Assembly (NCBI RefSeq): GCF_964204645.1
Contig: NC_134028.1
Location: forward strand, 3,906,001-3,970,000
DNA length: 64,000 bases
From: Tubulanus polymorphus
Lineage: Eukaryota; Animalia; Nemertea
Direction of reading: 5' to 3'
Shown here one piece after another: positions 47,201 through 57,542 of this stretch. Each line of letters begins with the position of its first letter. The stretch's first letter is position 1. A program made the translations under genes and the position numbers. The notes beneath the pieces are model-generated. The model worked only from the letters and a program-made list of their open reading frames with translations. It did no database searches and had not been told where the DNA came from.

Positions 47201-50200
47201 GATTCTGAAAAAAAGTGTAAATTCTTAAAATCAGATCTTAGAAGTAGACCGAGCCAGTCTCAAGGTTACGTAGAACCATCAAATTTCATCCGATGCCAGC
47301 AAATTCAGGGCCTAGTTTCACAAAAAGGTTGAACTCTTAAATTGATTTAATTTCTTCAATAATTCAGTTTACCTTTAGTCGATTTAAGACTTAATCCTTT
47401 TTGTGAAACCGGGTCCTGGAGCAGTTGGAGCAATGATGGGTCATCATCTGGTAACATGAATTGGGAAACGATTGAAATCTTTTACCTGCAGTAGTGACAG
47501 TTCTAGTAGTTGAGACAGTAAGCATGCGTTTAGTTTGTCCGTCTTCGTCCTGATACGACAACCAACGACCGCACGGAAATCGATAACTGACTTTATCTTC
47601 CAAATCATCGACAGTGATACTATCTAAAAACCATCCGAATCCTGAAACAAAGGAAAAACGCAACGATTAACTGAAACAAACTTTATTCCATTTAAGCGGG
47701 TTTTCCTAAGGCCTACAGTACTTCTGCAGCTGTTGTGTAAGAATTAAGAAGGGCATAGCGAGCAGAAATTGTACATTTTTAGCCTGCTTTTAACCGCAGT
47801 GTCTAAATTAGTGATGGACTTTGCTAGAACACCGCATTGCGGCATATTGATGTAATTAGTAATTAGTTTTTATCCCTATTGACATGGCAGCACCAGTCAA
47901 ACATAGTGAAGTACTAGTCACGATACACAGCACCGCGGGGTAGACGCACTATAACGGTATGCCTATTTATTCAACGCACTGGGAAGGAATTTTCAAATTA
48001 TCTCCAGCACTTTCAGGTATTGATTAGTAAGCGCTGAAAGGATTTTAAGTATGGTACCGATGAATCGCCCACACATCGTATTCAAATTAACATATAATCG
48101 TAATAGTGAAACGTACCAAGTTCAATTCGATTGTGACCGACTCTAATTTTGCGCAGTTCGCCGACGTGAAAGGCGTCAATGAGAAATTCATCCTCCTGAA
48201 ATAGTAATAATATCGCGTACAAATAACTACTGTTTAACGCAGGTAAACAATTACATCACGTTTAAACATCACGATTGTTTCATTCTCGAATTCCCTATGA
48301 AATCCTTGGTATGTTAAACCCGTTTGAATAAATATTTCACACGGAATTTTGCACGTTATTACGTAATTCGCGACAGCGCGATCTGCGTATTGCGTCAACG
48401 TCAATTAATAATTCAAACAAAGTACGCGTACAGTATACATCAACTGTAGACTGTATACATCAATATTCAGTCATCTCTACGAATAGAGACACAGAGTGGT
48501 TCATCTAGGTTTCTATTGACCTGTATTGATTATGATGAAACACAACCTCAAAATGTCGCGTTAAATAAATCTCTAATGTTGTCGTTTCACTCCCGATTGA
48601 CCGGTTACATGAATTTTTCAACACGCTTCCGACTCATTTGCATTACTTAACACAACATTCCCATCAACGAAGATCGGAGGTATCACGAAAGAGAACCTGC
48701 TTGAAGTTCAGCCGCGGATCCAGGGGTAATAACCGTATTTCCCAATACAGTCTAGAATTCTGAGTGCCCTTCAAAATGACATGGTTTTTTCTAGATAGCC
48801 TGCAGAACTCACCCTCCCTCTAGAGGCACTTAAGTGGTCCAATTATTACAAAATCTTATACCTCTTGTTTAGCATATGCATTGGCTAGGATACTTGGAGT
48901 GCCCTTTTTCTAAACGCAATAACTTCTGCATTCAATACTGTCTAGCTTTGACATAGGATCCGCCCCTGAAATTCATCATGGTTCGGAACATGTAAAGTTA
49001 ACGAACCTGGCCTTTGAGAAACTTGACTTTATGAGTTTTTGAACTGGCGAGTAAGATCTCCGTCGTCTTGCCTTTAGTACCATACAGAGTGATATAAACA
49101 TCAGCCTTCGTGCTCGCTCCTAGACGTTTTCCTGTGCGTACATAAATGCAGTACTTCGCCATTTTACCACTTGTGATCTCTTCATCCATCTGAAAAATAT
49201 AGCAACATTTATAAAACATCTATTTGGACTGGTTACAACCAAAGTACAAATCTAAGAATTCAGAAGATCTGAAACGAATTTTATTAGAGATTAATGATTA
49301 AAATTCAAAAAGACACAATGTTTCAGACTCTCGCAACACGGACCATCGATTTCGAATTTATTGAAGGAATCTTATTCCTTTGATTATCAATCGGGGAATG
49401 GTGACTCGAGAGCCAGAATCAAATGGCCACAAACTCAAAACGAAATGTCAAAAGTTCATCTGACAGAATGAAAACCTAAAAGACTGAACTCACATAATCA
49501 TATTGATCCATCAACTGTTTATCAGTTTGAACCCAAGCATCTTCAGTATTTGCGTAAACAGCATCTTCACTACTATCATCATCATCATCATCATCAACTT
49601 GTGCATCGGGTGATACGATTGCGCCTTTCGGTATTTCACTGCGACTCGGACGTTTTCGATATTTCGCCGATTTCGGACGCGTTCCTTTCAGTTTGCGCGG
49701 CTTAGCGACTGATTTCGGCTCGGTTGCCGATTGAGTTCTTACGTATAATCGCTGTTCATTCGGCACTTCACTATCCATATTATTGATTTCTTTTCTACAA
49801 GAAAAAAAGAAACGTGTTCGTGGAAATTAAGGGCTTATGATTTTACAACCCAGTTTACATGAATCTGTACATCTTGCTACAATATCTGTGACTGACGTTT
49901 GTAAAATGTATGTAACTTTTTTGTAAAATGTTTTCTCCTTGAAATAAATATTTTGTTTAAAAAAAAATGAATCTGTAATTTTATCTGTTTGATTGACTGT
50001 GTATTTCACCTGAAGGGTAGATATTTTCCTGTTTGATAAACTGTTTTATACCCATTAGAAAGTGAGATCTACAATATATTGTTATCAGTTCTATGAATTT
50101 TCAGTTACATATCAGTTAAATCCAAAGATTTTCTACTGTAATAATCAGAACATAAAGGCAAAATTATGAAGCTCGAATTTACCTCAGCCATCGTGGAAGA

Positions 50201-53200
50201 TTGCGACTGTCGTAACTTGAAACTTCGCTTGGATTTTCATTACGATCGGAGTTTCTTTCATCTACGATATACGAATCATCATAGCTCTGAAAAATAGTGA
50301 ATTCCAAAAATTTAAAATCATTTTCGTGGTTTCATGGTCCGTATTCGCAGACGCATTCGAGATGATTTTGATATGAATTCGTATTCGGAAACAATAATCC
50401 GTGAAGCCTACACCGAAATTAAGTTATCCCGCAAGAGCCTTCTATCTCGTTTTTTTTGCTAAATTGATGCACAAAAAATCATTTAAAACTTCCTGAGTTG
50501 TTTGAACTTAGAATGGATAGTTCCAGACTAACAAGTATGACCGGACTCAAAATGACTGTCCGAAGAATGATGATAGCAGTAATGAATTCACAGTCCAGAC
50601 ATCAGAGTGCAGCAGACCTGAATTCATCAATATTCTATATATTCTATGATGATGGGTCGGATGAACGGACAATGGAGCTTTTGATATCGGCGCTTTATCA
50701 AACGCAATAAGCGTTAATAATTCAGCGACAATACAGCAGAATAGAATGACGACATATTTCTACATTCTTCTGATAACATTTACTGGGGCACTAAGGGATG
50801 TCGGCAACTGATACTACTTCAACTCTTAAAACAATCAGCAGTCTTATCAATATCTTCAGTTTCTCAGCATTACTGTACAGTTGTATCTACTCTGAACCAT
50901 TTAGACAGAGTCCTTACTAAAATACCCAGAACTGTGTAACTGAACCATTCACAGCTCTGTTACTGACCTTATAGGGGACCTTCATTTTGTGACCATGGAT
51001 ATCATAAGTGTATTTGGCAGTCGAGGGTCTTGCTCGGCCTCGCGATGTCTGAAATTCGTGACGAAAGTCATCAAAACAAATTATAAAAAACAAATTTGAT
51101 ACAGGCATTCGAATTTTGACAGACATTATATTGTACCTTTGGTCTTTGAGATGGAACTTGTGGTAATGCGGTATTTTGTGCTTTTTTCTTTGAAGGCGAA
51201 TATTTCATGTTTAATTTTGAAAAATCGACATTTTCCTAGAATTAAAATTGAAGTGATGATTCTTTGCAATCTGAAAATCTGATTCATTTTTCTTGTTCCG
51301 ACACAATACTTACTGTAGCTAATAATAATTTAGTTGCCATGTTAACCAGCCTCACAGCCTCCCCTTTTGAGATCCTAGTTGAAGGTGCGGTACGCAACAC
51401 TGATTGACCACCTTTATACTGCCTTCAATTGAAAAATCATGAGAAAACTTTTAGAAACCTCTGACAGCTTTTTTTTTCACAGGGTGGCCAGTTTTATTTG
51501 ACTTGCCTTTTCCCTGACTATACCCTGATCAATTACCACATTTACATACAAGACATAGCTGGAATCAGTTTGATTTTACGCGCAATCTAGCAATCTTAAT
51601 TAATTTCCCTGATTTTCCCCAATTTTTAGCTTTTTTCCCGATTTCCTGGTAGGTGGCCACCCTGTTTTACTACTGATACATTATACGTATATAAAATTGA
51701 GAAGATTTTAGGTCGATATTTTTTCATTGAAAATCAAATACGTACTTCTTCGATTTTTTCAAAGGCACACCAAATCCGGTCATTTCTGGTCGCAGTTTAG
51801 ACCCTTTAGAGGTCTGTATATAAGCATACTCTGGCAACCAAGGATTCTGTAATAATGGAAATAGAACAGAATTCAACGACCATGAATTAGGTTCGAGTAA
51901 CAATAAAATCAGATCTATCAAAAAGGAAGAATTAAACATTCAGTTGTTAGTTATTTCTATCTACTGCAATTCTAAATGCTATAGGGTTTTGTTAAAATGA
52001 AAAGAATACCATTAGAACCCATATTTTCAAAGACAATTTTCAGAAAATTTTCAAAATAATTTTCAAGTATTTCAATTCTATAGTTTCCAAATCATCCCTC
52101 AATCCGAATAAATGAATATACCTTTAACGTGCCTCTTGGTGGAATAAAAGGTCTTTGATCCTTATCAATAAATACGCAAAAAAGAAATACAAAAGTAAAA
52201 GAGAACGTTAGATTAACACTGAACGATTTCATCGAAATATTTGAGTTATTTTCTCCCAAAAAAGACAGCAAAGGTGAAACTAATCAATGGTAGTGTTTGA
52301 ATATTTTTGGTGAATTTAAAACGAAGCAAGTTCAAACATGAAAAAGAAAATTAGAAGCAGGAATACTGGTATTATAGTATGTTAAAGAACAAGCAGGTTT
52401 ATATTAATAGAAATTCTTTGCTTTTACTTACAACCCATTTCGTGTCATTCATGTGTTTTTTCACAGTTTTCTTGATTTGTTTTTCACGATGCGGTTTATC
52501 TCGAGGCTAACGAAATGCAAAAATATTCAAATAAATGGTGTGTAATAATTCACTTAAAAAATCACATACCGGTAAAAGTGATCAGGATTAAAAATGCATC
52601 TCTCAGATGAGACAATGAGATCAATTCTAAACGAAAATACAAATAGTGTGCATATGGACTTTCTTCGGGGTTTGGAATGGTAGCAAAATTAAAAATCGGC
52701 AAGCAAATTTTTGTGACCAGGTTAAGGGCTATCCATTTATTACATTAATTTGAAATGCAAGGGGAATCGATCAAAATTTTCATATGCAATGCTTAAGAAA
52801 AAGTATGTACATGGGTTGAATTTTGGTTCTGTAATAAATGGATGGTTCCCTTATGCCAATTATAAAGGATAGCAAGGGTTCTGATTCGATAATTCTGTTA
52901 TCTCGATGGTGAGTGTCATGCTATTAATAATTCATGACAGTGATCTGATAATTAAAAGTGAGAATGATTTATATGGAAATATGCGTATATTCTGGTTATA
53001 TATAAACACGGTTCCTGCAGATCCAAATATTATAAATATATCACATAAAATATGAATATAATATCTGATTCATATTGATAATACATCACAAGGCCTAGAT
53101 ATATGAAACTAAATGGTTCAAGACCAGGAGTTCTTGTTTAAACTCAGAATTCCCTGATAATTTCCAAATTTCCTGGGATTCCCTGATTTCCCTGCAGGTA

Positions 53201-54650
53201 ATTTGAAATCCCTGACATTCCCTGATCTGCAGGAACCCTGGATATATGTACAGGCTTAAAGTCAAGCGCTCCATACTTGGCCGGATTTTGGACGAGCGCG
53301 AGAAGGTGTCGCGGACCTTACTCGTTGAAGAGGCGACCGAGGAGGAGGTGTCTGAAATTGTAAAAATGATTCAACAAGCCTCGATAAGATAAGAAGCAAG
53401 TCTAGCTGGTACAAATATCGGGTGATTCAGAAAGTTTGGTTTCATTTAGAAGGTTTATCTGATTACCAAAGCCAAATAAGTAAATCCTAATCCCTCAACA
53501 AAATCCCCAGAAAATGCATAGGCCTAATATCTAATGCGATGTTTCAAATATTTCATAGGCCTAATACACATCTTCCAGAATGCCTATATCTCATAGTTCT
53601 GTCGTAATCTAAGTATTCCTGAAGATGACAATAACTCTAATATGGTTAAAAAGTCGAATTACATATTAGACCAAGGAAACAAAATTTGATTTTTTCCTCT
53701 TATCGCAGATTTTCATGCAATGCATTTAGTTCTTTTCAAACCAAGCCGGAATCAGCATCAAGCAATACATCAAGAAATAGGAGAGGCGTATCGACACTTA
53801 CTGCATTCATATGAGTTAATCTCGCTTTAACATTGGCATCACTGAAATAATGCTTCACCGGTCGATCGTGAAGACCATCATATTGCAGAGTCGGTCTCTA
53901 TCAAAAACATAAATAAACACGCATGTTTAATGACGAAATGGCCACAAGAGAGTTCACGCGAAATGCTTTTACTGGTATTTGTTGTATTATTGTATTCAAC
54001 TAAAAAGCATGACGACATTGAGACATAGCTGAATTTCATAAATAGAAGAATATACTTTTAGCCATTCGAAATAATGAAAACAGGGATTTTTTATTATTGT
54101 GAAAGTATAATTGGATCTAATAGTAGTTCTCTACCACGCCCTAGCACACGTTTAATTTGATACATGAAACATCATCCTATGGCTCCAGTTGCTCTGGTTA
54201 GACTTGGGTTTAAAAAAGACAATGTTTTTTTTTGTTTGAGACCACACATTTTCATATTTACATTTCTTACCGGTTTCAATGGTGGATGGTCAAGTTTTGG
54301 AGAATTTGAAGCCGATAAATCAAATCCATCTTCAAGTCTCTTCACTTCAAAATAATATTTCCTGAAGGAGAATTGAATCAGTAATTAATTGATCATTAAA
54401 ACCTCAAATGGATCTCGATTTTTTCTGTAATGTGGTGGCCGTGCTAAAATCTTACACTGCAAGGTGAATTCCGTTTCACAAACATTTCTAAAATTATAGA
54501 GTTAGCCTCTAACGTTAAGCCTATTTAATTTCTTCATTCTCGATTTTGCGTTAATTAAATACATTTCAATTTCATGGAAAGCAGAGAAAGTGAACCGGGA
54601 TTAACTCACAGTTTTTTTGACACTGTCTTTATAACATCGGTCGAGGACAT
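44227..54650 (-). CDS. Uncharacterised PLAT(LH2)-domain and ankyrin-repeat protein, 22 exons, about 1,000 aa
   Basis: Phase-consistent spliced ORF from ATG 54650 (MSSTDVIKTVSKKLKYYFEVKRLEDG) to TAG 44229-44227 (...FLDSIRDEALD*). PLAT: YCIYVRTGKRLGASTKADVYITLYGTKG (49189-49007), DEFLIDAFHVGELRKIRVGHN (48195-48117), GWFLDSITV...YRFPCGRWL (47641-47486). Ankyrin repeats: TIHQAASAGDL, GLTALHYATTDGHLELVRWL, GYSAVHLAALSGH, DCTPLHLAARSGNL, GRTALDFA (about 46540-45551). Confidence 0.85.
47309..47415. mobile_element. Harbinger-like MITE
   Basis: GGCCTAGTTTCACAAAAAGG...CCTTTTTGTGAAACCGGGTC, flanked by CAG and CTG. Confidence 0.7.
48709..48968. mobile_element. CAGGGGCGGATCC-TIR MITE
   Basis: CAGCCGCGGATCC...GGATCCGCCCCTG with internal GAGTGCCCTT repeats. 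Another right end, CTGGATCTGCCCCTG, ends at 27413. Confidence 0.65.
51480..51664. mobile_element. CAGGGTGGCCA-TIR MITE
   Basis: CAGGGTGGCCA...TGGCCACCCTG with TTCCCTGA subrepeats. Confidence 0.7.
52726..52850. mobile_element. Harbinger/Tourist-like MITE with TWA flanks
   Basis: TAA|GGGCTATCCATTTATTACA...TGTAATAAATGGATGGTTCCC|TTA. Confidence 0.65.
53007..53240. mobile_element. CAGGG-family element
   Basis: CACGGTTCCTGCAGATC...GATCTGCAGGAACCCTG with clustered TTCCCTGA subrepeats near the right end. Confidence 0.7.
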
Positions 54651-55517
54651 GGTCTGGTCACTTATTCCACGCTCTTAAAACATTTTATCCCCGTGTTATT
54701 TCTAAGATTTTTGACATTTATTTCAAGATTTTTTCGTGTTGTCCCACGCCGAACAACGCACTGCATGTAAACATTGATCCGCCAGGTGCGACATCTATGA
54801 AGATATAGTGCGTGCGCTTAAATCAAATATAAATCGGTGCTGAACGAAAGAATATAATTTCACTTCGAATTTTGACATAAAATCTTAGCTTCTACTATCA
54901 GTTTATTATTTATTTAATAGAATTGTATCATTTATTAATATCAATTAGCGCGATGTAGTTAGTTTATTCGTGCGCGGGTAACTATGACCGATATGAAATA
55001 TTCCTACAGGTGGCAGCACGATATTCCTCGCTTACCAGTGCGTGTTATTCGATATTCGAACACGGTTCGAGTCCCAGAAAATAACGACAACATCGTAATG
55101 TGATCAGGCGAACGAGGGATGGAGAGGTATTTTTGGTCACGGATAGCGAAAACATTCTCAACTTCCAAGAATGACCTTTATGTTTGTATCATTATTTTCA
55201 CATTAGAAATGTAAAATCAATGTCAATTTCAATCGGAAGGAAATTTGTATAGGCCGATTTGATGAACTGTCTATTAGCCAAAGAAAATAAATTGATTCTT
55301 TAATCTAAGTTCTCAGTCTATCATTGCATTGATCATTGCTTTTAGAAATATATTTGATATTTCGTCGATCTATCATACCGACAAATTTGTTATTTGTAAT
55401 TCAGTTATAATAACAAAGGGACCCAGTCCGAGGCACGTGTGATATCGATCAAAAAGTAAATCGTGTTGGAAGCTCTATGTCGCAGATTAGTATGACTCGC
55501 GAAGGAAAGTGTGTCGT

Positions 55518-56489
55518 ATGCTGATGAACAAGACGAATTTTCACGCTATAAGAGGTAGGCCGGTGTACTGGACTTCAATGATCGAAAACAGATTCTCCAA
55601 CCCGTCGACGATGCGCGCAACGGAATACTGGCTTGACATTATTGGTTTACCCACTATCGCCATATTCGGTTTATTTGGGAATACTTCTACCTTATTCCTG
55701 TTGATATTTTAAAAACTCTCTGGTCGTTCATACTTCATTTTCTTGTCTATTTTGGCAGTGTCCGATTCGATCGTACTTCTCGCCCATTTCATGTTCTGGG
55801 TGAATTTGATTTTCCTGATTTTACGCGACAATATCGTTATCGAGTTCCATTCGACTGCGTCCTGCCTCGCAACTGCTACCATCATACACGTAGCTCAAAA
55901 CATGTCGTCTTGGTTCGTTGTTGTCGTGTCCTGGGAGCGGTTTTTCTGCGTTTCGATGCCATTCTTGGCACAACACATCAACCAAGTTAAACAAGCTAGA
56001 ATTGTATCTCTGTTCACTATTTTGTGCTGCACGGCATCTTCTATAAAATATTTCTTGTACGTGAGATATTCTACTGACGTTTGCGTTTACATCAAAGGAA
56101 ATCTTTACGACACTTTATCGTTTGTATTTAGCTTCACGATCGGTTATATTCCGGCCGGTTTGATTATGGTTGCGAACGCTTTACTTCTTATCAACTTAAA
56201 AAGGAGCGAAAATGCATTTCAAAAAGGTACGAATACCAGCCGCCGAAACAAGAATAGGGCTTCCTCTGTGATCTTAGTCGTGACATTTTCATTCCTTATT
56301 TGTTGTATGCCACATTGGATGATGCAGAGCGCTAAAGTATATAAATCGTCAAATCGTTTTTTGCAATCGTTAAACGATATTTTGGCGTTCGTCTACGTCA
56401 TCAACTACGGCATTAATTTCTTTATATACGTCACCACTGGTACAGAAATCAGAAATGCAATCAAACAAAAACTGTTCTACTGCGAGTAG
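55518..56489 (+). pseudogene. Intronless class A GPCR (FMRFamide-receptor-like/srw-like) interrupted by one in-frame TAA at 55710-55712
   Basis: The ORFs 55509-55712 and 55743-56489 are in the same frame. TM1 IIGLPTIAIFGLFGN, TM2 LAVSD, TM3 SSWFVVVVSWERF, TM6 FLICCMPHW, TM7 INYGINFFIY. Could also be a null allele or a consensus error. Confidence 0.75.
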
Positions 56490-56611
56490 AAACATTATTG
56501 AGACTTTCTATAGATTTAAAAGTCTATCTACACTGAAATATGCATGATATGTATATTTATTTTGATTCGAATTTGACTGGTTTCTTTGTTTTTTAAACAG
56601 AGAGTATGGCA

Positions 56612-57542
56612 TCAATTCAGCGTTTTTTGGCAGATATAGTATCCATCTCTGTTGCAGTCAGCAGAAAACCATTTGCCAAAATAATCAGTATCATATTCAT
56701 CTTGAAGCAAGTCGATCATAACACACTGACCCCATGCGGTAGGTTGATAGCGGTGCCACTTGGTATAACCATCCTGATGAATATATACAGTAAACCCCCG
56801 ATATGCCGCCCACATTGGTGCACAGCGATTTTGGCGGTATAGAGAGTATGGCGGTATATCGGGGGTGTTTTACTATCTATTTGTATTGAGATGTACATTG
56901 AGAAAACCTGGCGGTAGGCGGGGGTGGCGGTAAATGGGAGGGCGGTATATCGGGGGTTGACTGAACATGTCGAAAACGCAACGTGCAATCGATATTCTCT
57001 CAGATTCAACAAGGTTTGAACACTATCTATACTTACAGTCGCAAATTTGCCATCGGCAATTCTTGTAAAGTCCAAGAAGGTGGAGCCCGAATACGGTCTA
57101 CCAAAATTATCTGAAAAGTTATAATCATTAATTTTAGTTGTACCATGTTACTTCGTCATGGAATAAAAAACATTTCGGTGGCATTTTAACCATCAGTTTT
57201 CACTTAGATTCAGGAGCGAAATGACGAACGCCTATGATGATAATTCTGTGACACTTACTGACGATATTTTCATTTTCAAATTCGTTTTTAATGCGTAAAA
57301 GATTAGCGCCTTTTTCAACACAGCGTCTCCTCGCTGTGTCTATACCGGATACGCGGTCACCAAGATAATAGCACGAATCGCCAATCTTTACCCAATTACC
57401 CGAACAAATGCCTGAAACTGCGACACATTATATGATGCTACATGACATATTATCATCTCATTCCAAAACTACATGTATACAACCATTTTCTACCTTCGTA
57501 TAATAGTGTCAATAATACAACAGTCGTTACTCCCAGCGACAT
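56612..57542 (-). CDS. Secreted single-domain C-type lectin-like protein, 4 exons, about 145 aa
   Basis: Exons 57542-57494 (signal-like MSLGVTTVVLLTLLYE), 57411-57259 (CSGNWVKIGDSCYY...ARRRCVEKGANLLRIKNEFENE), 57110-57037, 56773-56612 (YTKWHRYQPTAWGQCV...GKWFSADCNRDGYYICQK). Six canonical CTLD cysteines; phases consistent, 438 nt in total. Confidence 0.88.
56788..56963. mobile_element. Tc1/mariner(pogo/Tigger)-type MITE in lectin intron 3
   Basis: TIRs CAGTAAACCCCCGATATGCCGCCC and GGGCGGTATATCGGGGGTTGACTG, with internal GGCGGTA subrepeats. An isolated CAGTAAACCCCCG end also occurs near 749. Confidence 0.85.

Noticed and set aside
51333-51346. X-box-like GTTGCCATGTTAAC
   Set aside because: Lies within coding exon 51422-51314 (VNMAT), so protein sequence explains it.
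53619-53665. CTGAAGATGAC...GTCGAAT hammerhead-like core
   Set aside because: GAAA box broken and no stems I or III found.
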